A DNA stretch of 36,934 nt. Source: Candidatus Bipolaricaulota bacterium (GTDB lineage: Bacteria > Bipolaricaulota > Bipolaricaulia > UBA7950 > UBA9294). A model generated the notes under the pieces. That model was not told where the DNA came from, did not search any database, and saw only the letters and a program-made list of their open reading frames with translations. The first letter of the stretch is position 1. Every line of letters starts with the position of its first letter. Of the stretch, positions 14,844-26,523 are shown in pieces. Both the position numbers and the translations under genes were made by a program. The stretch lies in assembly GCA_034718095.1 (NCBI GenBank), contig JAYEMK010000013.1, forward strand, positions 10,696-47,629, written 5' to 3'.

Positions 14844-17482
14844 TCGTCTCCCCGATCTGCATTGATTAGTAAGGAGCGGACGGAGTCGACCCCGGCTCGC
14901 AGTGCCTGGTTGAGTTCTTCGACATTTCCCCCACCCCCTTGAGCGAAATGGCGGTTTCCGCCCCCGCTCCCACCGAGGGGGGCGGCTGCGGTGCGGACGA
15001 TGCTTTTTGCATCGACCGCTGCAATATCTTTGCTTACCTTGCAGATGATTATCCCACTTCCAGCGATCTCCCCTGCTAACAGTACGACCGCCGGGTGCAC
15101 CCGCTCCTCTGTCAGATCGGCGAGACGCTTGATCTGTTCAATCTCCATGTCGAACCGACCGGAGACGATGGCCACAGCACCGATTCTTTCACCATGTGCG
15201 AGAAGCTCATCTCGTTTACTGCTTAAGATCTCCTCGGTCATCTGTCCCACTCTGCTGTGTAGATCATCGAGCTCGGCATGCAGGCGGTTCAACCCGGCCA
15301 GTGGCTCATCCCCCAGCTCTTCCCGTAGCTGGTTAAGAAGACCCTCAGTGGTACGCCAGCTGCGGATTGCGCCTTCGCCGGTGACGGCGCGGATGCGCCT
15401 GGTCCCTGCTGCCACAGCCTCCTCGGACACAAGCTTGATGACCCCGATCTCCCCGCTTCGATTTACGTGCGTTCCCCCGCACAACTCGCGGCTGTATTCT
15501 CCGACCGAGACGACGCGGACGAGGGCCTTACCCCTGTACTCCTGTTCGAAGTGGGCGGTTGCGCCCGATGCCTTCGCCTCTGCAAGCGGCATCTGTTCAG
15601 TTTTTACTGGTAGATCCTGTAAAACAACGGAGTTGACCAGATCTTCCACCTTTAAAAGTTCCTCCGCGGTGAGCTTTTCGAAGTGAGAGAAGTCAAACCG
15701 TAATTCCTCGGCGGAAACATATGATCCGGCCTGGATCACATGTCCTCCCAGCACCTGACGCAGTACCTTGTGAAGGAGGTGGGTTGCCGTGTGATTGCGT
15801 GCGATTTGCCGGCGGCGTGCTGCGTCGACGATCAGGCGACATTGATCTCCGCGGTCAAATGCCCCAGCAGCGATCCGGACCCGATGGATGAATGCCCCCT
15901 GCGAGTCCTTTTGCACGTCGAGGACCCTGGCTCGCCCTGGCTGATCAATGTTTTCAATTCTTCCCGTATCGGCGGTCTGCCCGCCCGCCTCAGCGTAGAA
16001 TGGGGTCTTGTCGAAGATGAGCTCCGTTTCGGCGTGGTCTTCAGAATAAATCCCTTGTATATGTCCTTCCGCTTCGATCTTTTCATAGCCGACAAATTGG
16101 GTGGGATCTTCCCCTCCCCCTCTGACTGAAACAATATCCGCTTTTAGGGAGGAGGTGCGGGACCGTTTTCTCTGCCTGGCCATCTCCTTCTGGAATCCGT
16201 CCTTATCGATACCGATTCCCTGCTCTGCCGCGATCTCCTCGGTCATTTCGAGTGGGAACCCGTAGGTGTCGTATAGGCGGAAGGCATCCACGCCTGGGAG
16301 GACTTTTTTTCCGGCTCGCTTGAGATCAGCTATGAACTGTTCGAGCCTCGCCTCTCCCTCAGACAGTGTCCGCTCGAACCGCTCCTCTTCCTGTTGTGTC
16401 GCTCTTAAGATGAAATCCCTCCGCTCGATCAGTTCACCATAGTAATCGCCCATCAGATCGATGACAGCCTGTGTCAGTTCGCCTAGGAATCTCGACTCAA
16501 GCCCAAGCCGTTTTTCGAAGCGGATCGCCCGGCGCATGATCATCCTTAATACGTAACTCTTCCCCTCATTTCCGGGGATGACATTATCAGCGAGGAGGAA
16601 TGCTATTGCGCGGGCATGATCGGCAAGAACCCTGTATGCCACGAGCTTTTCTTGTTGGGAAATGTCTAGCTCTCGGGCCGGGCATCGTTTGCGGATTCTC
16701 TCCATGAGCGGCAGGAAGAGATCCGTGTCATAGTTTGTATTTGCATCCTGCAGAATGGCCACCAATCGCTCAAAGCCCATCCCTGTGTCCACCCCCGGGT
16801 TGAGAAGTCTTCTACGGGAGCCATCATTAAGCTGCTCATATTGCATGAACACGAGGTTCCATACCTCCCACCAACGGTCGCAGTCGTTATCCAATCCTGG
16901 TGAGCAGTTCTCTTTGCCGCATGTGCAATACTCTGGGCCGCGATCCCAAATCAGCTCAGTATTCGGCCCACACGGCCCTATATCCCCCATCATCCAGAAG
17001 TTTGTCTCCTCCCCCATGTGGTGGATCTTCTCCGTGGGGGCCCCGCTGACCTTTCGCCACAGGTCGGCACTCTCTTTGTCATCTTTGTACACCGTGAAGT
17101 GAAATCTATCCCCGGGCATTTTCAGGACCGAGGTCAGAAACTCCCATGCGAACCTGATCGCCTCCTCCTTAAAATAGTCCCCGAAGGAAAAGTTACCGAG
17201 CATGAGGAAGAAGCTATGATGGCGGGGGGAGGGCCCTACCTGTTCGATGTCGTTGTGTTTTCCCGAAACCCGCATGCACTTCTGGATGGTGGCGGCACGG
17301 GTATAGGGTCGTTTTTCCAACCCAAGGAAGGCGTTCTTAAATTGTACCATCCCCGCATTGGTGAACAGGAGGGTCGGATCGTCCGTTGGCACTAGTGATG
17401 AACTGGGGAGGACGGCGTGGCCTTTTTTTTCAAAAAACTCCAAAAATAGTCTATGAACCTCTCTCCAGGTAAATTTGTTCAC
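14840..17482 (-). CDS. alaS: Alanine--tRNA ligase
   Basis: 880 aa. Motifs FTNAGM, HHSFFLMLGNFSFGDYFK, the editing-domain HxxxH/CGGTH motif, and a C-terminal DHHA1-like GGSGGG. GTG start with an AAGGTGA Shine-Dalgarno. Confidence 0.95.
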   Translation of the reverse strand: MNKFTWREVHRLFLEFFEKKGHAVLPSSSLVPTDDPTLLFTNAGMVQFKNAFLGLEKRPYTRAATIQKCMRVSGKHNDIEQVGPSPRHHSFFLMLGNFSFGDYFKEEAIRFAWEFLTSVLKMPGDRFHFTVYKDDKESADLWRKVSGAPTEKIHHMGEETNFWMMGDIGPCGPNTELIWDRGPEYCTCGKENCSPGLDNDCDRWWEVWNLVFMQYEQLNDGSRRRLLNPGVDTGMGFERLVAILQDANTNYDTDLFLPLMERIRKRCPARELDISQQEKLVAYRVLADHARAIAFLLADNVIPGNEGKSYVLRMIMRRAIRFEKRLGLESRFLGELTQAVIDLMGDYYGELIERRDFILRATQQEEERFERTLSEGEARLEQFIADLKRAGKKVLPGVDAFRLYDTYGFPLEMTEEIAAEQGIGIDKDGFQKEMARQRKRSRTSSLKADIVSVRGGGEDPTQFVGYEKIEAEGHIQGIYSEDHAETELIFDKTPFYAEAGGQTADTGRIENIDQPGRARVLDVQKDSQGAFIHRVRIAAGAFDRGDQCRLIVDAARRRQIARNHTATHLLHKVLRQVLGGHVIQAGSYVSAEELRFDFSHFEKLTAEELLKVEDLVNSVVLQDLPVKTEQMPLAEAKASGATAHFEQEYRGKALVRVVSVGEYSRELCGGTHVNRSGEIGVIKLVSEEAVAAGTRRIRAVTGEGAIRSWRTTEGLLNQLREELGDEPLAGLNRLHAELDDLHSRVGQMTEEILSSKRDELLAHGERIGAVAIVSGRFDMEIEQIKRLADLTEERVHPAVVLLAGEIAGSGIIICKVSKDIAAVDAKSIVRTAAAPLGGSGGGNRHFAQGGGGNVEELNQALRAGVDSVRSLLINADRGDD

Positions 17483-17519
17483 CTAGCTCACCTTTCTTGT
17501 TCTTTGTCCGTGTAGGAAA

Positions 17520-17548
17520 ATTCTAAATAGATCCCGCCGCGAAATCAA
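17520..17548 (-). promoter_or_regulatory. Putative alaS promoter (TTGATT-17 nt-TAGAAT on the minus strand)
   Basis: Hexamers with 17-nt spacing about 38 nt upstream of the alaS GTG. Confidence 0.35.
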
Positions 17549-17644
17549 AGCCAGCCCAGGGTTGCACAATTGATCTGGTATAGTTACACTTTTTGTTACT
17601 ATGTTTTTCCTTCAGTTCAGTCACCAACTCGGCGAGAGAGAGTC

Positions 17645-18664
17645 ATGGGCGGTATAAGTCGATATATTTTGCAGCGGTTGCTGTTGACCATTCCGATGCT
17701 TCTCATCCTTCTGACGTTTGTTTTTCTCATCCTGCGGGTGATGCCCGGGGACCCGGTGATGGCGATGCTCGGCGGAAGGAACGTATCTCCTGAGTTGATC
17801 GCGGAGTACCGCCACAGGATGGGGGTCGATTGTCCGATCCTTGTGCAGTATGCCGAATACCTCGGTGGGATTATCCATGGTGACTTTGGCGATTCGTTTC
17901 GGACAAGCCAACCTGTTGTTAAGGAGCTGTTCCTGCGCTTTCCTGCTACACTTGAGCTGGCTTTCTTTGGATTGTTGTTCGCTGGGATCTTCGGTTTTGG
18001 CAGCGGGTTGATTGCTGCTGTTCGTGTCGATCGGCCAATAGACCATGCTGTACGTATATTTCACATCGGCTCGTTTGCCACCCCTCTTTTTTGGTTCGGC
18101 CTTATGCTCCAGGTTTTCCTTGCCGTTAAACTCGGCTGGTTCCCGGTTGCTGGTCGGGTTGGTGGACGAATCGCCTTTACCTTTCAATCGATCACTGGAT
18201 TCAGCTTGTTCGATTCTCTCTTGAGCGGCGATACCAAGGTGATGGCGGATGTCGCGAAACACCTGGTCTTGCCATCGATCACTTTAGGGTTTGCTCTAAC
18301 CGGTTTGCTCGGTCGGATGAGCCGGGCGAGCATGCTCGAGGTGCTCGACCAGGACTACGTTACCACCGCTCGGGCGAAGGGTGTTAAGGAGCGGATCGTC
18401 ATCATGTCACACGCACTGCGAAACGCCCTGATCCCTATCGTAACCGTATTTGGGTTGCAGTTTGCCATCCTCATGGGTGGGGCAGTGCTCACCGAGACCG
18501 TCTTTTCCTGGCCGGGAGTGGCAAGCTTCCTCGTTCGTAGTATCGAGGGCCGCGACTGGCCAGCGATTCAAGGGAGCATCGTGTTCATCGCCATATTTAT
18601 TTCCCTCATTAACCTGATCGTCGATATTTCATACTCGGTCATTGACCCACGTGTGAGGTACTAA
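17645..18664 (+). CDS. ABC transporter permease, peptide/nickel type (DppB/OppB family)
   Basis: N-terminus YILQRLLLTIPMLL...PGDP plus an EAA-loop region (TARAKGV.E). The ORF track opens at TTG 17570, but the conserved N-terminus starts at ATG 17645. Confidence 0.85.
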   Translation: MGGISRYILQRLLLTIPMLLILLTFVFLILRVMPGDPVMAMLGGRNVSPELIAEYRHRMGVDCPILVQYAEYLGGIIHGDFGDSFRTSQPVVKELFLRFPATLELAFFGLLFAGIFGFGSGLIAAVRVDRPIDHAVRIFHIGSFATPLFWFGLMLQVFLAVKLGWFPVAGRVGGRIAFTFQSITGFSLFDSLLSGDTKVMADVAKHLVLPSITLGFALTGLLGRMSRASMLEVLDQDYVTTARAKGVKERIVIMSHALRNALIPIVTVFGLQFAILMGGAVLTETVFSWPGVASFLVRSIEGRDWPAIQGSIVFIAIFISLINLIVDISYSVIDPRVRY

Positions 18665-18667
18665 TCT

Positions 18668-19594
18668 ATGTCAGAAAATATGGGACAAACAGAAATCGAG
18701 AATCCTACTTTGGTGGTTGGGGTCATCCGCTGGATTGTGAGGAAAATCTCCAGCGGACGGCACGCATTACGCCGGCAGACAATCCTTAAGGTGGGTCTGA
18801 TCATTGTGTTTCTTTTCATACTTGCCACGGGCTTGACTCAGATTGAAGGGCTGACCCCCTACCATCCGACGAAGTACCGTGACGCCCCAAGACTTGAGGG
18901 GCCTTCGATTCGACACTTGCTGGGGACCGATCAATTGAAGCGCGATGTGTTTAGCCGGGTGATCAGTGGTGGGAAGGCGTCGATCATCGTCGCCTTTGGC
19001 GCTGTGGCCCTGAGCATGACGGTGGGTTCTGTGCTGGGATGGATCTCCGGGTTTACCGGTGGCTTCCTCGACCGCGTCCTATCCCTGACCATGGACGCGA
19101 TCTACTCCTTTCCCTCGATGATCCTCGCCATCACGCTTGTTGCTGTGTTGGGAGCAGGGATTGCCCCCATGATCTGGTCGGTCGGGTTCGTGTACATTCC
19201 GACTTACTTCCGCGTTACCCGCGCCGAGGTCTTGCAGGTCCGCGAGACCACGTACATTGAGGCGGTGCGAGCCGTGGGGGCGGGCAATGTTCGTATCATC
19301 GTCCGCCATGTTGCCCCCAATACGGTGAACGCGATCATGGCCGTCTCCTCGTTCAATCTTGCCGATGCCATCCTCACTGTCGCTGCGCTTTCCTTCCTTG
19401 GGTTTGGGCTTCCTCCTCCGGCCCCTGACTGGGGGTTCGACATTCAAAACGGTCAGAAGTACCTGCAGTCTGGGTCGTGGTGGCTGATCACCTTTCCCGG
19501 GTTGATGATCATCGCCCTGTCGCTCGGGTTTGGTCTGATCGGCGAAGGGATCAGCGATTTGGTTAATCCAAAACGGAGGCGTAAACGGGGTTGA
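18668..19594 (+). CDS. ABC transporter permease, peptide/nickel type (DppC/OppC family)
   Basis: 308 aa with an N-terminal anchor then LGTDQLKRDVFSRV, and an EAA loop (YIEAVRAVGAG). It starts 3 nt after the previous stop. Confidence 0.85.
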   Translation: MSENMGQTEIENPTLVVGVIRWIVRKISSGRHALRRQTILKVGLIIVFLFILATGLTQIEGLTPYHPTKYRDAPRLEGPSIRHLLGTDQLKRDVFSRVISGGKASIIVAFGAVALSMTVGSVLGWISGFTGGFLDRVLSLTMDAIYSFPSMILAITLVAVLGAGIAPMIWSVGFVYIPTYFRVTRAEVLQVRETTYIEAVRAVGAGNVRIIVRHVAPNTVNAIMAVSSFNLADAILTVAALSFLGFGLPPPAPDWGFDIQNGQKYLQSGSWWLITFPGLMIIALSLGFGLIGEGISDLVNPKRRRKRG

Positions 19595-19731
19595 TTTTGT
19601 AGGGTGACTGTGCTAGAGTGGGTGGTAGGATTATAAAACATCTATCTAATATGGAGGTGATGTCTGCCGATATAATTTTCATCGGTAAAAAACTATAGGC
19701 GTTCTGACAAATATTTAAGGAGGTACAAAAG

Positions 19732-21285
19732 ATGAAGAAGTTGTTGAGTGTTTTGTTGACATTTGGTCTCTTGGCTTTGCTCCCGTTGGTTGCAGTGGGG
19801 CAAGAGCCACTGATCATGGGAACGACCGACCGGGTGACCGAACTCTCTTTTTCCAATTGCTACGATGCATACACCTGGCATGTCCTCAGGCATACGACCG
19901 GTGCCTTGGTGAAGCTGGATGAAGAGACCTTAGAGATTGTTGGAGATATCGCTGAATCCTGGGATATCTCCGAGGATGGAATGACCTACACGTTTCACAT
20001 CCGCCCTGGGATCACATTCTGGGACGGCGAGCCCTGCGATGCCGCGGCTGTCAAATGGGCGCTCGATCGTACCATGCGCCTGGAGGGTCCGGAAGGTGGC
20101 GTTGCGCTCATCAAACCCTATATCGATAGTATTGAGGTCCTCGATGATCTGACCGTCAAGATCAATTTGACGATGCCAGACGCGATCTTCCTGTCGCGTA
20201 TAACTAACCAGGTTGCCCCGGCGTTGATCTACTCGCCGAAGAGCACCCCGGAGGACGAATTTGCCCTTGGGCGCTACGCCGGAACCGGCCCGTACAAGCT
20301 GGTCGAATACGTGCCGGACCAGTATGTAAAGTACGAGGCCTACGACGGCTACTTCGGGCCCGCGCCAAAGATGAGTGAACTGGTCGAGGTATTTTACTCA
20401 GATGCAGCGACCCTGCGCGCGACGCTCGAGGCCGGTGACGTCGACTTCGTGTATCGTACACTTGCCCCTCAGGATATCAAGGATTTGGCGGACAATCCAG
20501 ACGTTGTGGTCAAATTCTTCCCGCCGAGCCCGGGGGTCCGCTACCTGCTATTCAACGTGACCCAGCCGCCGGTGGATAATCCGTTGGTGCGACAGGCGGT
20601 CTCCTACGCGGTCGATCGCGCCGCGATCTGCTCACAGGTGTTCGGAGGCATGGTCGATCCAATCTACACGATGGTTCCTATGGTCGATCCCCCGTTCTTT
20701 GGTGCCCTTCCCACCTTCCCTGAGCGTGACCTGGACAAGGCCCTGGAGCTCCTCGCTGAGGCCGGATACGACGAGGACAACCCCCTTGAGCTCAACCTGT
20801 GGTACACCCCGAAGCACTACGGGACCTTTGAGGCCGACGTAGCCACCGTGGTCAAGGGAAGCCTGGAGGAGACCGGTGTAATCAAGACCAAGATCCAGGT
20901 TCTGGAATGGGGGGCCTACGTAGAGCGCATGTCCTCCGGTGGATTTGACATGTTCTTCCTCGGTTGGCACCCGGATTACCTGGAGTCCTCGAATTTCCTT
21001 AACCCGTGGACAATCGAGTCGCCTGAAGGAATGGGAACGTTCTTCAACCACCATCCCAACTACGAGGCCTATAAAAACATCCTGGAAGTGGCGATGTGCA
21101 CGGTAGATACCGACCTGCGAGCGAGATTGTACAAGGCGATCCAGATCCTGAGTACGCAGGACGTCATGTGGATCCCGCTGTGGGCGATGACCGACGAGAT
21201 GGTGCTCGGCTGGCGCAAGGGTGTACATGGTGCCTCGCTTGACATCACCATGGATGTCAACAACTATTTGATCTGGAAGGAATAG
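19732..21285 (+). CDS. ABC transporter substrate-binding protein, family 5 (peptide/nickel/opine type)
   Basis: 517 aa. Sec-type signal peptide MKKLLSVLLTFGLLALLPLVAVG with no lipobox cysteine, and an SBP_bac_5-like length and pattern (GTGPYKLVEY, LGW.PDY). Confidence 0.85.
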   Translation: MKKLLSVLLTFGLLALLPLVAVGQEPLIMGTTDRVTELSFSNCYDAYTWHVLRHTTGALVKLDEETLEIVGDIAESWDISEDGMTYTFHIRPGITFWDGEPCDAAAVKWALDRTMRLEGPEGGVALIKPYIDSIEVLDDLTVKINLTMPDAIFLSRITNQVAPALIYSPKSTPEDEFALGRYAGTGPYKLVEYVPDQYVKYEAYDGYFGPAPKMSELVEVFYSDAATLRATLEAGDVDFVYRTLAPQDIKDLADNPDVVVKFFPPSPGVRYLLFNVTQPPVDNPLVRQAVSYAVDRAAICSQVFGGMVDPIYTMVPMVDPPFFGALPTFPERDLDKALELLAEAGYDEDNPLELNLWYTPKHYGTFEADVATVVKGSLEETGVIKTKIQVLEWGAYVERMSSGGFDMFFLGWHPDYLESSNFLNPWTIESPEGMGTFFNHHPNYEAYKNILEVAMCTVDTDLRARLYKAIQILSTQDVMWIPLWAMTDEMVLGWRKGVHGASLDITMDVNNYLIWKE

Positions 21286-21315
21286 CTACAGAGGCTAATT
21301 ACTAACTAAATGTAC

Positions 21316-21342
21316 GGGGCCGAGCAATCGGCCCCTTTTTTT
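21316..21342 (+). terminator. Rho-independent terminator after the binding-protein gene
   Basis: Perfect 7-bp GC-rich stem GGGGCCG/CGGCCCC with a 6-nt loop, followed by seven T residues, 31 nt after the stop codon. Confidence 0.75.
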
Positions 21343-21394
21343 GTCCGGACGACTGTCCTTGCATTGCCTGCCTTAAGCTGGACCATTATTTTGA

Positions 21395-22717
<1,323 letters not shown>

Positions 22718-22745
22718 CCGGTATAAGGCGATCGAGGTGAGAGAG

Positions 22746-23069
22746 ATGCGGGGTCAATTTTCGCCCTCCCAAGATCGAAATTCGCCAAAAAGGGGGGTCT
22801 GGCGACACCGGATTACGCCTCTGCTTATCGCCACATTATTGGTCCTTCTGTGTGGTTTCTATCTATTTAAGGGGATACAGATCCACCGCCTAGAGCAAGA
22901 GTTGGGGCTCCTCAGTGAGCGGAAGGGATCCGCTATTGCCAGGCAAGAGCAGCTACGGGCACGACTTGCGCTCAGAGATGACCCCAATACTATTGAGAAC
23001 CTGGCACGCGCCCAACTTGGGTTGATCCGGCCTGGGGAAGAGAAGGTTATATTCATTGAGGGGGAGTGA
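22746..23069 (+). CDS. ftsB: Cell division protein FtsB/DivIC family (septum formation initiator)
   Basis: Small bitopic protein with one transmembrane segment (LLIATLLVLLCGFYLF) followed by a coiled coil. It occupies the conserved position directly after eno. ATG 22746 follows GAGGTGA; the ORF opens at GTG 22737. Confidence 0.65.
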   Translation: MRGQFSPSQDRNSPKRGVWRHRITPLLIATLLVLLCGFYLFKGIQIHRLEQELGLLSERKGSAIARQEQLRARLALRDDPNTIENLARAQLGLIRPGEEKVIFIEGE

Positions 23070-26000
23070 TTTCGGTTTGTCTGGGAAATTCGTCCATCTG
23101 CACACGCACTCTGAATACAGTCTATTGGATGCGGCCTGCAGGATCCCGGACCTCTTAGATCGAGCGGTGGAGTGTGGAATGGACGCCCTTGCCCTCACCG
23201 ATCATGGGGTGTTGAGTGGGGCGATCAAGTTCTATCGCGAGGCGCTCCGACGGGGTATAAAGCCCATAATTGGGTGCGAGGTCTATCTGGCCCCAGGGAG
23301 TCGTCGTACCCGCAGGGCGGAAAACGGGGTCAAATACTATCATCTCCTCCTTTTGGCGCAGAACAGGCCGGGATATGATAATCTTCTTCGTCTGGTAAAC
23401 CTGAGTCATACAGAGGGGTTTTATTACAAACCGCGGGTCGATATGGAGCTACTGCGGCGGTACCACACCGGTTTAATTGCCCTTTCCGCCTGCGAGAGTG
23501 GGCAAATACCTCGGTTGTTGCTTGCCGGCCAGCCGGAAGAGGCGAGGGCTGTGGCGGCTGAATACAGGGAGATCTTCGGGGAGGGTAACCTCTACATAGA
23601 GCTTCAGGACCATGGAAGGGAGCGGGACAAAAGACTTCAGAGGGATTTGATGGGACTTGCAACCGAGCTTGAGCTTCCTGTTGTCGCCACCAATGATATT
23701 CACTACCTGTCAGCAGAGGACCGACTCGCACACGAGGTTTTGCTAAACATCAGGGCGAACAAACAGCTCTCCGCCCCAGATCGATTGAGGTTCGAGGGCG
23801 AGGGGTATCACTTCCGTACCCACGAAGAGATGGTGGAGCTGTTCTCCGATGTTCCGGAGGCGATCGAGAACACCCGCCGGATCGCTGAACGCTGTGAACT
23901 GGGGCTTGAGTTCGGAAAAACGCGGATCCCCCCGTTTGACATCCCGGCCAAATTTGCCAGTCCCGATGAATATCTGCGCGACCTTGCAGTTGGGGGGGCA
24001 AAGAAGCGGTTTGAGAATATTGATGGTGAGGTTAAGGAACGGCTCGATTACGAGCTCTCCGTGATAGCGAAGATGAACTACGCCACCTATTTTCTTATCG
24101 TGTGGGATTTCGTCCGCTTTGCCCGTGAGCATGGGATCCCAGTCGGGCCTGGACGGGGGTCGGCAGCAGGGAGTCTTGTGGCGTACTGCATTGGGATCAC
24201 CAGGGTCGATCCGTTGAAGTATGACCTCATATTTGAGAGATTTTTGAACCCTGCTCGGATCAGTATGCCAGACTTCGACATCGATTTTTGCATCAAGGGT
24301 AGGGAACGGGTTATCGACTATGTCAAGGAGAGGTACGGGCAGGAGAGGATGGCCCAGATTGCCACGTTCGATCGTCTCGCCGCACGCAGTGCGATCCGTG
24401 ACGTGGGTAGGGTGCTCGGAATACCCTATGGTAAGACGGATCGGTTGGCAAAGCTGGTCCCCTATGGCTGCAGCCTGCAGAGGGCAATCGATCGGGTGGG
24501 CGAGCTTAAATCCCTTTATGAGAACGATGCCGATGTGCGTAGGATCGTCGATATCGGTCAACGATTGGAGGGGCTCGCCCGCAATGCCTCCACCCATGCT
24601 GCTGGGGTGGTGATCTCTGCCGATGAGCTGGTGGGGCATGTTCCACTTATGCGATTGAGTGAGGGGGAATTTGTCACCCAGTTTGATATGGGAGATGTGG
24701 AGGCCGTAGGCCTGCTGAAGTTCGATTTTCTCGGCCTGCGAAACCTCACATTGATCGATGAGACCCTGGCCTCGTTGCGGAAGCGGGAGGGGGTCGAGAT
24801 CGACCTTGAAGGGATCCCCCTGGATGATGAAAAGACCTACTCCTTGATCAGGGATTGTCACACCGCCGGGATCTTCCAGCTGGAGAGCTCCGGTATGCAA
24901 TCACTCATCCGGAGGATAGCCCCCGATCGTTTTGAGGATCTGGTTGCTCTACTTGCCCTGCATCGTCCTGGCCCACTGGAGAGCGGTATGGCCGACGATT
25001 ACGTGGAGCGCCGACATGGCCGCCAGCAGGTCACCTATATGCACCCCAGCCTGGAAGGTGTATTGAAGGAGACGTACGGCCTGCCAATCTACCAGGATCA
25101 GCTGATGTTTATGGCGCAACAGATGGCCGGCTTTTCCCTGGCTGAGGCCGATGTCTTAAGGAAGGCGATGGGCAAGAAGCAGCGGAAAATTATGGCCAGC
25201 CTGCGCGAGAAATTTATCTCCGGCTGCAGGAAGAACAAAATTTCACAGAAACTGGCTCAGCAGACGTTTCAGGACATGGAGAAATTCGCCCGTTATGGGT
25301 TTAACAAATCTCATACCACCGCATATGCCTTTGTCACCTATTGGACCGCCTATTTGAAGGCGAACTACCGCACTCACTTCATGGCCAGTCTGCTGGCCAG
25401 TGTGCAGGGGAACCTTGATAAGGTGGCGGAATACATCGATGAGTGCCGGGGGATGGGTATCAGGATCTCCCCACCTGATATCAACGAGAGTGAGAGGGAT
25501 TTCACCCCGGTTGTGGAGGGGCGGGTCCGCTTTGGATTGGGGGCGATCAAACATGTGGGGACTGCGGCCATCACCTCCATCCTCCAGGTAAGGGGAGGCG
25601 GGTTTGACTCGCTCTTCGATCTCTGTCGCCGGGTAGAAGGGGATGGGGTGGATAGGGATAGCCTGGAGGCGTTGATAAAGGCGGGGGCGTTTGATAGCCT
25701 GGGGCAGCCACGCAAGGGTCTTCTGCTGAGACTGTCTGATGGATTGGAGCTTTCTAAGATCGCCCGACAGGAAAGGCTGAGTGGTCAACGCTCGTTCTTC
25801 GCGGAGTTAGAGACCAAGAGCAGCGATCCCGAGATTCCCGAGGGGGAGTTCCCCGGCGAGGAATTGCTCAGTTTTGAGCAGGAGTTCCTCGGGCTGTACA
25901 TCAGTGCCCATCCGCTTGACCAATATAAGGATTTGCTTTCCACTCACTGTGTGCCCCTGGCTAAACTTGACTCCGGCACTGCTGGGGAAGGGGTGACTGT

Positions 26001-26523
26001 GGGGGGGCGGGTTAAAAAGGTTCGCAGGATAGCTACGAGAAACGGCGAGAATATGGCGTTTTTAACCCTGGAGGATGGAAAGGATAGCGCCGAGTTTACA
26101 GTTTTCCCCAAGGTGCTTTCAGCCACGCCCGACCTGCTTGAGGAGAATCGACTCATCGGCGCTCGGCTCACCGTGGGGGAGCGAAACGGAGATTTGAACC
26201 TTGTTGCTGATGAAATCTTCCCCCTTACTGCTTTGGCCGAACGGGGAGAGGTCTCGGTTGTGCTCACCTTCGATCAGGGACAGATTAACAGGGACAAATT
26301 CGAGAAACTCTCAAGCCTTTTAAAGTCGCACTCTGGGGATAGCCCGTTATTGATTCGGCTGCGGTGCTCGAAGGATGGGGTTGTAACTACCTCGGGGGGC
26401 GAAGGCATCGAGGTGCTGACAGGGGAAAAATACTGGGTTAGCCCCTGCGATGAATTGCAAGAGGGTGTTAAGGGGTTGTCAGGGGAATACAGAATCGAGC
26501 TCAGGGACAGCACACCACGATGA
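23056..26523 (+). CDS. dnaE: DNA polymerase III alpha subunit
   Basis: 1155 aa with PHP domain FVHLHTHSEYSLLD, palm/fingers motifs (PDFDIDF, GLLKFDFLGLRNLT, FNKSH) and a C-terminal OB fold. The start is uncertain: TTG 23056 overlaps ftsB, and TTG 23077 follows a GAGGGGGAG Shine-Dalgarno. Confidence 0.95.
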   Translation: MRGSDFGLSGKFVHLHTHSEYSLLDAACRIPDLLDRAVECGMDALALTDHGVLSGAIKFYREALRRGIKPIIGCEVYLAPGSRRTRRAENGVKYYHLLLLAQNRPGYDNLLRLVNLSHTEGFYYKPRVDMELLRRYHTGLIALSACESGQIPRLLLAGQPEEARAVAAEYREIFGEGNLYIELQDHGRERDKRLQRDLMGLATELELPVVATNDIHYLSAEDRLAHEVLLNIRANKQLSAPDRLRFEGEGYHFRTHEEMVELFSDVPEAIENTRRIAERCELGLEFGKTRIPPFDIPAKFASPDEYLRDLAVGGAKKRFENIDGEVKERLDYELSVIAKMNYATYFLIVWDFVRFAREHGIPVGPGRGSAAGSLVAYCIGITRVDPLKYDLIFERFLNPARISMPDFDIDFCIKGRERVIDYVKERYGQERMAQIATFDRLAARSAIRDVGRVLGIPYGKTDRLAKLVPYGCSLQRAIDRVGELKSLYENDADVRRIVDIGQRLEGLARNASTHAAGVVISADELVGHVPLMRLSEGEFVTQFDMGDVEAVGLLKFDFLGLRNLTLIDETLASLRKREGVEIDLEGIPLDDEKTYSLIRDCHTAGIFQLESSGMQSLIRRIAPDRFEDLVALLALHRPGPLESGMADDYVERRHGRQQVTYMHPSLEGVLKETYGLPIYQDQLMFMAQQMAGFSLAEADVLRKAMGKKQRKIMASLREKFISGCRKNKISQKLAQQTFQDMEKFARYGFNKSHTTAYAFVTYWTAYLKANYRTHFMASLLASVQGNLDKVAEYIDECRGMGIRISPPDINESERDFTPVVEGRVRFGLGAIKHVGTAAITSILQVRGGGFDSLFDLCRRVEGDGVDRDSLEALIKAGAFDSLGQPRKGLLLRLSDGLELSKIARQERLSGQRSFFAELETKSSDPEIPEGEFPGEELLSFEQEFLGLYISAHPLDQYKDLLSTHCVPLAKLDSGTAGEGVTVGGRVKKVRRIATRNGENMAFLTLEDGKDSAEFTVFPKVLSATPDLLEENRLIGARLTVGERNGDLNLVADEIFPLTALAERGEVSVVLTFDQGQINRDKFEKLSSLLKSHSGDSPLLIRLRCSKDGVVTTSGGEGIEVLTGEKYWVSPCDELQEGVKGLSGEYRIELRDSTPR

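Noticed and set aside
19651-19698. 15-codon micro-ORF (MEVMSADIIFIGKKL) in the AT-rich spacer between the second permease and the binding-protein gene.
   Set aside because: It has no Shine-Dalgarno sequence, and conservation cannot be assessed. An ORF this short is expected by chance.
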